64,000 bases of DNA, from positions 92,023,713 through 92,087,712 of the forward strand of contig NC_068988.1 of assembly GCF_001194135.2 (NCBI RefSeq), read 5' to 3'. Made by a program: the position numbers and the translations under genes. The DNA is from Octopus bimaculoides (Eukaryota). Shown one piece after another: positions 12,960-26,639 of the stretch; position 1 is the first letter of the stretch, and each line of letters begins with the position of its first letter. Below the pieces are notes generated by a model, which ran no database searches, was not told the DNA's origin, and saw only the letters and a list, made by a program, of their open reading frames with translations.

Positions 12960-13740
12960 GGCTTTCTATTTCTCTGTGGACACAAAAGAAAGAGATCAAT
13001 ATAAATTTTAGCTTTGTGAGACATTCAAAGTAAGTCAGTGTTTATTCAAAGATATATCTTATATTTCAAATTACCCAAAAACTGCTGTGTAGAGCACCAT
13101 TGATTAGTTTTAAATCAACAGTGAATGCAATTAGTTATGCAAATTAGACAAACCAGTTTAGTTCTGACTGAGTTTGTAAACACTATAAATAGCTGTAAGC
13201 AAATAATTTCTGTGGACAGAAGATGGGTATTCTTTCACTAATGAAGGTCTAACAAGTACATATAGTACACATATCTGTGTACTTGTTAGACCTTCATCAG
13301 CAAAAGAGTCTCTCTATGTATCTAACCTAGTTAGCTATACAAAGAGATAAAAATACTATGGCATATTGTTTCTGTAAACAAAGCATGAGGCTAAATCCAT
13401 TATTTATTGAAAAAAGGTATCCCTTAATTTTCAAACTTTCCAATAAATGTTATGTATGTAGTACACCATTAATAATTGATAAATCGTTGCCAATACAAGC
13501 ATTGTTATGCAAATTAGAAAAATCAGTTCAGGTTGAGCATATTATAAATAGCTATAGGCTAATAATTATTTTGTGGATGGGAGATGGATATTTGGTTTTC
13601 AGATGAATGTTTATAAGGCTAGAAACTAACAAGACTGATTGCTTTTATGTCCACAAAGTTAAAAACAAAGTTTGCAATGTTATAATTTTTTATCAAGTTG
13701 CATCTTTATTAAAAAAAGGTACACTTTAAATCACACAATT
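12960..13740 (+). repeat. Diverged tandem repeat (about 310-360 bp units) with an internal 20-bp perfect hairpin
   Basis: ttatgcaaattaga at about 13135 and 13505; tttatt(g/a)aaaaaaggta at about 13400 and 13705; stem 13241-13260 pairs with 13278-13297. Confidence 0.65.
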
Positions 13741-15241
13741 TTCACTTTACACACAAATGCACACTGATGGGCTTCTGCAGAATTTCAACCAACCAACTTT
13801 AACTTACGACATATTGTGCACATGTGTGTTGTGTGTGCATTTGTGTATAATGGGTATATATTGATGTAAATACTTTGCTATCTCTAAAGTGTTGGTACTC
13901 AGCTGAACTTGGCCATTCAATAAAATGACTACCAAACATAGTACTTGACTAAAATCTCTAACATGGTCACCACCCTAAAACTGACTCTAATAAAATATAT
14001 TAATGACATCATGGTTTCTAAATTTAAGTACAAAGCCAGCAATTTCGAAGCAAGATGTTTTATCAATTACACTGACCCTATTATTTCACTAATACTTTAT
14101 TTCATCAAACCCCCATAAAGATTAAAGGCCAAAGTGACCTCAGCAGAATTTGAACTCAAAACACTAAGAGCCAAAACAAATGCCACAAGGCAGTTTTTTT
14201 TCTGACACTCTGCAATGAAATAACATATAAAAAAAACTGGGTCAGATAGCTGTGGTGGTAGTGGTGTGTCAGCACTGAAGACTGTTTTCAAGGTGTGTTT
14301 CTTGAGGAAGTTAGCTATGATGAAATTACTTCTGTTCAAGCTATATTTCACAAAAGAAGCTAAGCTCACACTACAGTTTAACAACACTCATTAGTTTTAG
14401 AGTACTGCCTCTGCTCGCAATGACACACCACGTCTGTGGTACCTATTTATTGGATCGACTAAAGTCATTTGTCCTAGACTAGACTATATAATGCTGGTAA
14501 CAAGATATACAAACCACTGCAATTTTGGTGACCACACATGCGTGCACGCTCATGCATGTTCCTAATAACACTTCTTCACAGACAGAAAAACAAAATGCAG
14601 AAGAAAAAAATACCTATGTCCTTCATTTATCTTAAATGTTACTAGAGAAAAGGTAAACTATATTTAGGTCTATTATATTTTCTTTATTGTATTCATTACT
14701 GATATAAATAATTATTGCTATTCATAAAGACACAGACTTCTCAGTCTTTAAACAGCAACAGTAATTCACTCAAGAAAAACTAAGTCACACTGCCATTACA
14801 TTTATTACAGGATCTATGGAAAAAAATGTATTTTAACACAACATCAAAAAGATATGATTGTGACTGTGTGTGTATTATGTGTATATTATAAATATGTACG
14901 TTTGTGTACTAGAATAAATATGTATGTGTATAAACACACACATTTGTATATAAATAAACATACATACATATATATAAAACTAAACTAATATATATACATA
15001 TACACACATACATATATATATGTGTGTGTGTATAAATGCATGTATGTGTGTGTGAGGCTGTGAAAGGTTAATACATTTGAGCCATTAATAGAAAATACTC
15101 CTCAAATGAAATTCTACTTGTTTATCAAACAAAATTCTTATAACATCCCTTCATCCATTTTCTCCAAATTTCACCTTATTTTTCCCTATCAGTGTGTATG
15201 TTATGGAGCAAATGATGAATTAAATATTTGAGATGATGATG

Positions 15242-15244
<3 letters not shown>

Positions 15245-15322
<78 letters not shown>

Positions 15323-15516
15323 CGTAGCTTGCTAGTGTGAAGTGAGGACATGTAAAGAAGTAGCTAGCTAGGGACATGAGGTGAAATGTTCCCAACAGAG
15401 TGAAGAATATCTAGACAGGTAGACACAACTCTTGATTCTTCATGTAGCAATGCTTGATAGAAATCAATAAGGAAAGCAGATCAATAATAACAAGCAGCTG
15501 AAGCCCCTGCCTGCAT

Positions 15517-15575
<59 letters not shown>

Positions 15576-15593
15576 TGTGTGTGTGTGTGTGTA

Positions 15594-15629
<36 letters not shown>
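15245..15629. repeat. (AG)n and (AG)n-(TG)n microsatellites
   Basis: Direct inspection: 15245-15320 and about 15517-15629. Confidence 0.98.
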
Positions 15630-15632
<3 letters not shown>

Positions 15633-15649
15633 GCCTACCATACACAGCA

Positions 15650-15842
15650 GCTACTTCACACACTCCAACAGCCAGTCAAAGCAACTTTCTAGCTGGCACA
15701 CCTATTGCTGCCACAACTGCCACTACTATTAATGCTGTTACCACCACTACTGCTAATGCTGCCACCACCACCATCACCACCATTACTACAACTACTGCTA
15801 CCACCACCACCACCACTGCTGCTGCTACTACTACTACTACTG

Positions 15843-15875
<33 letters not shown>

Positions 15876-16222
15876 GTGTGACATCGTTAACACCACCACT
15901 ACCATTATTACTACTGGCATCAATACCACTTTTACTGCTATCTCTACCACTGCCCTTACTACTACCACCACCACCACCATTACTACTAATACTACTACAA
16001 CCACCACCATCATCACCATTGTTAACATGACTACTACCATGTCCACCACTAATACTGCTGCTGCCATTGTCACCACAGCAACATCTAATACCACCTCTAC
16101 TGTAACCACAGCTTCCACTATACATCTACTACTACCACCAGCACCACACAACTGCTGCCCTGACTACTATCACAACCTCCACAACTGCTTTTGCTACTGC
16201 CATTAATAGCAGCTATGGCTCT

Positions 16223-16275
<53 letters not shown>

Positions 16276-16375
16276 TTAATACTACTACCACCACCACCAC
16301 CACCACCACTGCAACCACTTTCCTCTCCACCACTTGTTAGCAAGCTCACCTCTCTACCACCACCACCATTATCAG
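15650..16375. repeat. Compound trinucleotide low-complexity tract (ACT/ACC/GCT)
   Basis: Direct inspection; produces spurious poly-Thr and poly-Val ORFs. Confidence 0.95.
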
Positions 16376-17429
16376 GTCAATACTATACAACCTTGTATGC
16401 CACTGGATTATTTTATAGAGCTCTGGGTGTACTTCAGTTGAAGAAAGAGAGAGTGAGAGAGAGAGAGGGAAACAGAGACAGAGAGAGGCATGAGAGAGAA
16501 GCAAATGCAAAACAAGTGAGGGAGAAAGAGTAAGGTGAAAGCAGAACACAGCTCTTTGGTGTTGACAGTATTAACAAGAACAGCACTAAGTAATTAACTT
16601 TCTTACTGTAGACTATAATACCTTAAAAAAAATAGCCTGAGTTAATTAAAGAGTATAGAGAAATCTAGAAATGTGTAAAAAAAAATTTGCATAATAAATT
16701 AAAAAATTTTTGCAAAATTAAAAACTATTAAGCAAAACATCATCACCCAAAAGAACTAGACAAAATATACAAAAAATACAGAATAGGGATTTAAAATTAT
16801 AAAAATATATATTTTTTGTATTAAGTTAACCAATCAAGTGTCTTTGATTCAAATATATGTAATCATTGTAGGTTAGGTAAGCAACTGGACATGGATCAGA
16901 AAAAAAAATACTCTTGAGATACAACAGTTGTTTGATAAAATAGTAGCAAATTTGGTTATTATTCAGTTGGATCTGCGGGTTTCCTTGATTGGCGCTAGCT
17001 TGAGATTCTCCTGCATCACTCATGTGGTTCACATACTTTGTATAACTATATATACTTTTATCTCATTTCACTGTCTTTTCCCTTTCTTTGCTCTCATCTT
17101 TTACATAAACTTCCACACAAATTGTAGACTGCCCCTTGTGATGTCCCCCTCATCTATGCCCCTGTGGCAATTTAAAAGAAATCATTGTCATTATTACTTG
17201 CAAGCTGGCAGAATCATTGTATTTTTTTTGGGGGGGGGGGGGAACTTTGAGGCATTTGTTCCAATTGTTTACATTCTTGAGTTCAAATCTCACAGAAGCC
17301 AAATTTGCCTTTTGGGGACAATAAAATAAAGTACCTATCTAAGAACTGTCATCAATAGTATTAACTAAAGCCCTCCTCTCAAAATTGTTGGCCTTGTATT
17401 AAATCAGAAACTACTATTATTATTATAAA

Positions 17430-17570
17430 GGTCGTGACCTGGCACAATCGTTAGTTAGCATGCTGGGCAAAGTGCTTAGCAGCATTTCGTCCAGCTGTAT
17501 GTTCTGAGTTCAAATTCTGCCGAGGTTGACTTTACTTTCCATCCTTTCAGGGTTGATTTAATTTGTGGAA
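17430..17570 (+). mobile_element. SINE family C copy
   Basis: ctgagttcaaattctgccgaggttgactttactttccatcctttcagggttg core. Confidence 0.75.
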
Positions 17571-17736
17571 CTCAAGTAATATACATCTTAATCTAATTCT
17601 CAAGTTACACAATACCATAAGTTGTGACACCCCCCACCCCCAATGGAATCATAAACCACAATGGATTCATATATACAATTAATCTGAGATATACTCCCAA
17701 AACAAAAATCAATAATTTGAGTTAAAAAGTTGTAAA

Positions 17737-18636
17737 TACAAGTTATCAATAAGTATCTGGACTGTTGCCATAGTAACGAAGCTAAAGCACGCAGAGTGAA
17801 GCCGCTTGGCAAAGATTGACCTTGAAATCTGCTGTGCGTGTGTACTAAGTTTTAATGCCCTAGCTCACTTCCACTGTTTACAGCAGTGCTTGCAAGGAAG
17901 GTGTGTAGTGTGTGATTGTCACAGTGATCATGACAGAGAAAGTTGTCATGGTGATACCTGCTCAGAGGCCTACGCAGAGATGCAGAAAGTGTATGGAAAG
18001 GAGTGTATGAGCCACACACAAGTGTACGAGTGGTTCAGACGTTTCCAAGATGGTCAAAAACGTTGATATTGGGGAACGTTCTGGGAGACATGTAACCAGC
18101 AGAACTGAGAAAAACATCGCAGATTTGCATACAGTCGTGAGGGGAACTTGTCGAATCACCATCCTTGAGTTTTCAGAGGATGCACAGATTATTTAAGGTT
18201 TATCAGAGGAGGCACAGATTATTTACGGTTCAGTTCCCTCCATTATCACTGATGATTTGGGTATGAGATGCATGCCTGCCAAGTTTGTGCCAAAATACTT
18301 TCAGCTGACCAAAAAGACATTCAGGTTTCAGTTGCGCAAGACTATGTTGAAAACAATAAAAAAAAAATTTTAAACCTTGCATAGGCCTCTGAGCAGGCAT
18401 CACCAAGCTTTAGGCAAAATTTGATGGAGATTCTCTGCTATGATCAATGCAACGATCACACGCTACATACCTTCCTTCGAAGCCCTGCTGTAAACGGCAG
18501 AAGTGAGCTAGAGCGTTAAAACTTGGTGTGCATACACAGCAGGGGTCAAAGTCAATCTGTGCCAAGCAGCTTCACTGTGTGCTTCAGCTTCATTACTATG
18601 GCAACAATCCGGATACTTATTGATCAGACCACATGA
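17737..18636 (+). mobile_element. Mariner-derived foldback element with about 240-bp inverted arms
   Basis: 17737-17978 is the diverged reverse complement of about 18376-18636; the centre encodes mariner HTH peptide SEAYAEMQKVYGKECMSHTQVYEWFRRFQDG. Confidence 0.85.
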
Positions 18637-20126
18637 CAGCCCAGTGGCCATTCCCATGTATTGTTGGCAAAAGTGTGTAAGCAGTTAAAAAAACAGGTTT
18701 ATTTTTAGCTAGCTCCTTAAGGAAGTGGGTTAGTCTCAAACATATTATCAGGACAATTTTACAATCACTCACTATTCTTCCCTTAGTTTTTTTTTTACAT
18801 TTTTTCTAATCCAGCCAATCATTCCCCCCCCCCCTGCAAGCTCACACATTATCTGCAAATATGCAAGGAGTTGAATACAACCAGCTACTTATAATTTAAA
18901 TCACTGTACATGTTTGTGGGCAAGTTTGAATGTTGTCAGCCCCACCAAGTCAGTCCTGATCCAAAGCATTCCAGCTGTGAAAATCAGGTCTTATTTTATT
19001 TTCCAGACTACCTTTATACAATGTATTCTTCAAATTGGCTACAAAGGGAGCAAGCTTAACAACTACCCAGTTATTGACCAAATCCTGGGTCAGTAGTAAT
19101 TAAAGCAGACCTACACTCAAAGGCAATCCAACAGTGATCACTCCCTTCAGTCATACATTATGTATCTGGGACTACACTATTCAATTGTTCATTTTTTCAA
19201 AAATGGTACAGCATTGATTTGAGGGAGATTTGCCTACTCTTTATAGTATATTAGGACAAACTCTTGTAAGATAAGTGTTTAAGTGTCTATGTGCAAGATT
19301 ACACACATATGTATATAAGCAAGTATATATATGTATATATGTACAGACATGTATATGCACACACACATACACACACACATATAAAACTACACATACACAT
19401 ATCTAAGTATAAACATATGTATATAAGAACACATAGTACATACACAGATCTCACCTCAGATGAAACATAATTATTTACTTTCATAAATATTTTATATAAA
19501 CACTCAAAGCTTGCAAATATAACTGTGTATCTGTTTGCCTTTTTCTCAATGTAATGTTACAGTGACCTCTGCTTCTCTGAAAATGCTTGCACTCAGCTCC
19601 TAGGCTCCACATCAACCAGTATTTGTTCTCTCTACATACATGCACACACATGCACACGCGTGCGTGCGCACACACACACACTACAGCTCAAATTTAAAAA
19701 TTACCCTTCTTAACTGCATCATCTTATCTCTTCCCTATACTCTAGGAAACATTAAAAAAAAGAAGTTATGGGCACTGCTCGTCTGCCTCCCCTAATTATG
19801 AAAAAGTGCATATTTACAAAAGCTAGAACAGGGAGAGAGAGAGAGAGAAAGAGAGAGAAGGGGACAGAGAAGAAAAGGGAGAGAGAGGGGGACAGAAGAA
19901 AAAAAGAGAGAGAGAGAGAGAGAGAAGAAGTTTATGTAAGTGTGTGTAGGTGCACATAGGTTTTTTTAACTCCAGGTCAATCCTGATAGAACGGACTTAT
20001 GATGAAAAAGTGTTCCATACTGTCTTTTTTCAAGACAATGGGGTCATAATTTGAGAAACATTTAACTGTCATTTCTACCACATCAAACCCACACGTGAAT
20101 GCTAGTTCATGTATGTATAGATTTAA

Positions 20127-20351
20127 CCCTTTAGTTATTCAAACTGGCCATATCTGGCCAAAATATTCTACCTGTTTTATAATCAAAGTGGCCAGATTTG
20201 GTTCCTCATATATATATCCTCCGATATCATCCTAAAAATTAAGCTATATCTTAAAAATCCAAAAGCCATAAAATAATAATGCATGAGTAATTCAAAACAA
20301 TGTCGATGGAGTAAGTATTACATTTGACAAATTAATCTAAATGCCAATGGG
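20127..20351 (+). mobile_element. piggyBac-type MITE (family 1)
   Basis: TTAA-ccctttag ... aatgccaatggg-TTAA. Confidence 0.75.
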
Positions 20352-21133
20352 TTAAGAAGTAGATGAAGTTCATAAAACAAGATTTTATATATTATAAAAG
20401 AAATTTGGCATTAGGTATTAACCTCAATAACAGATTCCCCTTGGTATAGACAAGGTAAAAGAAGAAGGTAGCTTAAATGTTCTATGTCCACATCACATAA
20501 GCTACATGTTTTTATAACTATGTATTAATGTTGAAAGAGAAAGATCAAATGAACTAACCAACCTCTTGCTTCACTATCATCGTTTTTCTATATACACACA
20601 CTCCTTTCTTCGTTTTATCTACAGCAATTCTAACAAGATAAACAATCTCTCAAAAAATTACAAGCAGTCTGTGTCATCTGGCAAAAATTATCATGTCAAC
20701 GTCGTACATTTGGATATGCTCTTATACCGTGCAGAAATAAGAGTCCCAACAATTTGACCAATGCCTTTTGCTGGACCAAGATCTTTGTCTCCCACACGAA
20801 ACTGGCTATTTCAAATTTATATACATCTTAAAATCAACTTTCATTTGATAATACACACACAAAAACAATTAAATCAAGGATTAGTCTCCCTCAAAATGTC
20901 AGGATCCTTCCCTCCTACAGAATACTGTTTCAAAGATAAGAACATCTTAAAATTAACTGCCATTTGAACACACACACACAATAAAATCAAGTGCTTCATT
21001 GACTGATTATTATCAACTTATAACAATTAACAACTAATTATAATAATTAACTAAAATTACATTACTTTGGGACAATTTATAAGAATAGTAAGCAAAAAGT
21101 TTTACTTTTACAGCCTCTACCATTAAGTATTAA

Positions 21134-21335
21134 CCCGTTTGCATTCAAACTGGTCCATATCCAGCCCAAATATTTTACCTTGTTATATGTTCAAACTGAC
21201 CAGATCCAGCCTCTTATACTTACCCTAAAATGTCATTCTAAAAATGAACACAAATCTTGAAGCTCTGAGATAATACATGATTAATTCAAAACAATGGAAA
21301 TAAATAAGAGCTACATTTGACAAAGTAATCTGAAG
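21134..21335 (+). mobile_element. piggyBac-type MITE (family 1), truncated
   Basis: TTAA-cccgtttgcattcaaactgg start and family body. Confidence 0.7.
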
Positions 21336-22235
21336 TAGCATACCAAAACGCAACATTACAAATTTCTTTATATATTCATTAGATTGAGCTGAATTGCTGC
21401 TAAGAAAGTGGTTCAACTTTGTCATATGCACCATTTTGTGTCTTAACACAATGTACTTATTTATGTTCCCATATCAGATGAAGATGTATTAAACTTAGTT
21501 TGAAATTATAAAGGGACATAAATTAATAGTTGCTCCCAGGTCCAAAAAAAAAAAATTTTTTTTTAAAGGCATGTATTTTAAAATGAAAAGCTTTAAAGTG
21601 ATATGTGAGATCAGATTTCATTTCAGGCCTCACAAATAAAAGGCTATAAGATTGAGATGCATGATGAAAAACTGTACAACAAACTTGTCTAACCCATGTC
21701 AGAATGGAAAGTCAGTTGCTGAAATGATGAAGATATATCAAAAGTCACAAACATTTCATTCACTTTCACCCAAAATCCACCTTCATCTAATGCAATGTAA
21801 TTTTAGTAATGGATAAACTAAATGAAGAAATCACGAATCGTTTATTTTGAATCCATTTTTCCATGCTAGCTTGGGTTAGATAAATGCATATTATTTGAGG
21901 TATTATCTTACAACTGGATTACTTTATACACTGATAATGTCAATAAACACTACCAGTTTTAGCTCAATGCTTTCAGGTGGTGGCAGTGCTGAGTGTCAAC
22001 ATTCACCAGGACAGACTCCACACATACACAATGGACTTGCATGCAGTTTAGGTCTACCGAATCCAACTTCAAAGGCACTGGTCAGTCCACAGCTAGAGGA
22101 GAATACACATGCCCATGGTGATGTGCAGTGAGATAGAGCAAGAGTAAATCATAGCAAAGCAAACTCTGTATCCAGCTGTCTCTCTACACCCACACATCTA
22201 TCTATCTCTTTTACCTACATACTGTCTGTTTATAT

Positions 22236-22616
22236 CAGTGGTTGCCAAACTTTCTTGATCATCGACCCCTTTTAGCCACTTCTTCCGCATCAACCCCCAT
22301 TAGCCACTTCTCCTTCTGCATACGACAAATTAAGAAATTCTAATGAAGATGACACACTTTTTACACTTAAAACAACATGTACGAGTATACAGTATTAAAC
22401 TTTCAATTTTTCATAAAATTGTCTCCATGGTCAGAAAATGTGAAAAACACATTATATTGCTGGAATATCTTTTATTGAAATTGGCAACATCAATGTGAGG
22501 GATGAGCATAGCGCTAAATATTTCAAGCAGTTACCCATTCAACCCCTTGGCTATCATCAACCCCCTGTAATTCCTCGCCGGCCCCTCGGGGTCCCTCGGG
22601 TCTTTGGCGACCCCTG
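22236..22616. mobile_element. hAT-type MITE with 8-bp TSD
   Basis: TIRs cagtggttgccaaac / gtctttggcgacccctg; flanks gtttatat (22228-22235) and gtctatat (22617-22624). Confidence 0.85.
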
Positions 22617-23444
22617 GTCTATATCTATCTACCTATATCCATACACATATAAGTACACTATACGCCTCTCTCTAACAACCACATACATATCAGTATCAAC
22701 TGCCCAACAGTTATGCCTTTTTGCTGTTATGGCATAATTATCACTGACTAGTCAATATAGAATAAATAAACATGTAACATTAGACACATACACTTTATTT
22801 CTGAATGACATTAATAGACATTTATTGCTGTACTATTATTATTAATTACAAATTATTTTTAAACAACACCTTTTCAAACGCGATTTATGTGTAGCAAAAC
22901 TTATGTGCTTTTTTTGTTCATAAAAGAATTCTGAAACAATATAACTAGAAACAGAAAAGTAAATTAGCTGCACTAAAATAGCCAAGATCAACATGCATGA
23001 AGTGGAATTTCAAACTAAAACTTCCATAACAATGTCTATTAAATTCTCTTGAAAGTTGATTATTTTAAACCAAACATTTTCTAGCTAAACAATAAAAAAA
23101 GTTAACCAGTGTTTAAAATAAGAAACAAAACGATAATGAAAAATAAATTGATTGCCGTAATAAATTGATTTCAGCTCATTTAACAGATGGCTAAAACATT
23201 ATTTCCATACCATTTCACATAGGAATTCTAAGCTGAGTATCTAGTAATGCCATTTTATATTTACAACACATTTAGACAATATTATATTAAAATGTTCATT
23301 TATGTAAATTTAAAAAGTTAACTATATATTTCAAAGTATGGGCTGTGACCATTTTGATAGGAAAACAAGATTGCAACTTCAAATTACAAGTGATTTAATA
23401 ATGGTGAATAAATATATCAGAAATAGGCAGTATGTACAGGCTAT

Positions 23445-23922
23445 GGCTGTGTAGTTAAGAAGTTCACCTTAAAACTAAGTAGTTTCAGGTTTGATCTATG
23501 TGTCATTTTGGGCAAATATTTTCTACAGTTGTGGGTTAACCACAACCCTTGCCAATGAAATTTGGTAGATGAAAATATAAAGCACATTGTATATGCATAC
23601 ACACACACATGCATATATGTGTGTGATGGGGCATGGCTTTGAGGTTAGAGCATCAAGCTTACAATTGTGAAGTTGTGAGTTCGATTCCTGGACTGGAGCT
23701 GTGTGTTGTGTTCTTGAGCAAGACACTCTCTTTCCTGTTGCTCCAGTTCCGTTCAGCTGCAGAAATGAGTTGCAACATCACTGATGCCAAGCTCTACTGG
23801 CCCCTTGGCCTTTCCCTTAGACAACATCGGTGACATGGAGAGGGAATACTGGTATGCATGAGTAACTACTGGTCTTCCACAAACAACCTTACCCAGACTT
23901 CTATCTTGGAGGGTAACTGTCT
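23445..23922 (+). mobile_element. SINE family B fragment followed by tRNA-head SINE family D
   Basis: Family D head gcatggctttgaggttagagc ... gagttcgattcctgg (A/B boxes); second family D copy at 63345-63560. Confidence 0.75.
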
Positions 23923-24330
23923 NNNNNNNNNNNNNNNNNNNNNNNNNNNNNNNNNNNNNNNNNNNNNNNNNNNNNNNNNNNNNNNNNNNNNNNNNNNNNN
24001 NNNNNNNNNNNNNNNNNNNNNNNNNNNNNNNNNNNNNNNNNNNNNNNNNNNNNNNNNNNNNNNNNNNNNNNNNNNNNNNNNNNNNNNNNNNNNNNNNNNN
24101 NNNNNNNNNNNNNNNNNNNNNNNNNNNNNNNNNNNNNNNNNNNNNNNNNNNNNNNNNNNNNNNNNNNNNNNNNNNNNNNNNNNNNNNNNNNNNNNNNNNN
24201 NNNNNNNNNNNNNNNNNNNNNNNNNNNNNNNNNNNNNNNNNNNNNNNNNNNNNNNNNNNNNNNNNNNNNNNNNNNNNNNNNNNNNNNNNNNNNNNNNNNN
24301 NNNNNNNNNNNNNNNNNNNNNNNNNNNNNN
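23923..24330. other. Assembly gap
   Basis: Run of N. Confidence 1.
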
Positions 24331-24859
24331 TATATATATATATATATATATATATCTGTATGTATTTACAACCATACCAGTGCAAACATGCACAGATATT
24401 GGGTTTTTTTATAAGTGAGGTTTCATTTTTTAAGGACGTGTGACTTGAGAGAAAGTAGACTGGTAATATATCCGTTGCTTAAGTAAACTGCCAATAAAAA
24501 CCTATCTGTATATCAGGGATTAAAATCTTCAATTGAAAGCAACAGTATGTGATTTGTGGGATCCTTGGTTGCTACTTTTAGCAGCTCAACATACTGCATA
24601 AAGACACTATTAGGTGTGTTGCTGTTTGGTTCCAGATTAGCTCTGACCAAACAGAACTACAATGAAAGGAGTTCAAACCTTAACTATCATCTTTTTGTAC
24701 ACTGGAAACAAGATAATCCAATGTATCCTCACTTTTTACAAGTGCAGCTGATTATGATTTGAATTAAATTTGGCTGCTGTGTCTGGTAGCTTGAATAACC
24801 AACTGCTCAATCACACGCAAAACACTCATCTCATCAAGATGTATCTTGCACATCAAAGC

Positions 24860-25300
24860 TTGGTTTAGCCTGTGATACCAAAGAATAGACTGGGTAATTA
24901 CCATGAACAGTGAGGTATGCACCTAAGATATATAGGTTAGGATCCCAACCTGTGTCTTACGTGAGGAAAAAGCCCAGCAAGAAAGCTACAAGAACTGACC
25001 TCCGGAGATCCTGAGAAGAGTGGGAAAATGAGGCTTAGCTGAACCAAAGATTAACAATTCATACAAACAACCAAATCATAATTTGCAGCTGTGGAAAATT
25101 GTGCAAGAACTATCAAAGCCCTAAAACCCAACACACCAGAATGAAATGCATGGAACAAGAGAATGAGCTGAGACACATAAGCCTTGAACTCACTGAGATA
25201 CGGGAAGAGAGCTCAACCAAGAATCGTCTCACAGAGCCCAATCCTTCCCTACATCATAGCAAGACCCAAAACACTTGCTGACTCTAGGTTCAATCACTGA
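24860..25300 (+). mobile_element. HERO/NeSL-like (R2-group) non-LTR retrotransposon 5' fragment
   Basis: ICSCGKLCKNYQSPKTQHTRMKC from 25081 (C2H2-like N-terminal zinc finger) followed, after a frameshift, by ELNQESSHRAQSF; matches my recollection of HERO N-termini. Confidence 0.55.
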
Positions 25301-25380
25301 TGACTGCATACACACACAGTGAACTATTAATTGATAGAAATATTTTTTATATCATTCTCTTAAAGAATTTATTAAAAAAA

Positions 25381-25549
25381 GCACCCACTACACTCTCGGA
25401 GTGGTAGGCGTTAGGAAGGGCATCCAGCTGTAGAAACTCTGCCAAATCAGATTGGAGCCTGGTGTAGCCATCTGGTTCACCAGACCTCAGTAAAATCGTC
25501 CAACCCATGCTAGCATGGAAAGCGGATGTTAAACGATGATGATGATGAT
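25381..25549 (+). mobile_element. RTE LINE 3' tail (family A) ending in (GAT)n
   Basis: Matches 45756-45923, which lies downstream of an RTE ORF2 stop codon. Confidence 0.85.
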
Positions 25550-26639
25550 ATTTAGTTTAAATATTTCTATCTAGTACACAAAGTAATTTCAAAACCAAAA
25601 CTTCCTGGTACCACTCATACTAAGTATTTTATGCATTTATTTCATATTGCAATTTTTTTTAACAATAGCAATGTTGGTTGCTGAATTGCAAACTGGTCTT
25701 TCTGAGTCATTGCATTTTTTACAGCTTTCGTAACACACAGGTGCATATGAAATATTGCTGATGTTTACAACTTTCGATAATAATTGGAGAATGTAAACAT
25801 ATGTACATACATGCACACATACATATAACTGATTTAAAAAAGAAAGTGATTTTTTAACAAAAAATCAGACTGTTTTGTTTAGAACTAAATATTAAAGATG
25901 TTTTATCTCATTTCATTTAATATCATCCATTATTTATCTCAATAACACAGAGAAGAAAGATCAAAAGCCTGGGTTACTTTCCTAACAAAAAAAAACATTA
26001 TCATCACATAGATATTGAGCCCCCATACCCAATAATTGCAATTATTAAATTAGAATATTTTATATCACAGTATTTTGAAGTTGTTCCATTAATTTACACA
26101 ATCTACATCATCATTACAAAGTCTTTTTTCACTGTTCTGTGATCATATTTCTAATGAACTAAATGCCTATGTATTTTCAATTAATTTTGAAAATATTTAA
26201 CAATTTGGAGGGATTTAATAAAATAATTATTAACTTGTTCATTAAGCTGGTCTCGGGAACATAACAAAAGGTTCTTGCATAAAATTATGATGGGAATTTT
26301 TTATTTACATAAGCACACATTAAGGCCATGGAACCAGAGGTAGGCTGGTACCAAAAAGGTTAAGAGAAATACAATCTGTTTGACATTTTTAAGTGAAAAC
26401 TAACTAAAAAGTGCTGGTGAAATAACAAAAGCATTCAATTTATCACTGTTACTATGATATTATGTGAGGCAAATGAATGTAATTTTTGCCACCCTCAATA
26501 AATACGGGAATAGGTTCCATTTCAAAGATGATGGTTATTTCACACAAGCCTGTACAACTAACAACAACTGTAACAATAGTTACAAGTATCTAAACTTGCA
26601 GAACCATTCAACCCATGCTGTTAGGGAAGAATTAGATAC

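Noticed and set aside
15599-16333. Long ORFs (143, 149, 92 and 71 aa) rich in Thr or Val
   Set aside because: They are translations of ACT/ACC trinucleotide repeats, open on both strands, with no splice or start context.
23630-23700. tRNA-like A/B boxes (also 63345-63400 and SINE B heads)
   Set aside because: They continue into SINE bodies and do not give a convincing cloverleaf, so they are not tRNA genes.
23753-24418. 175-210 aa ORFs
   Set aside because: Mostly X residues from the assembly gap.
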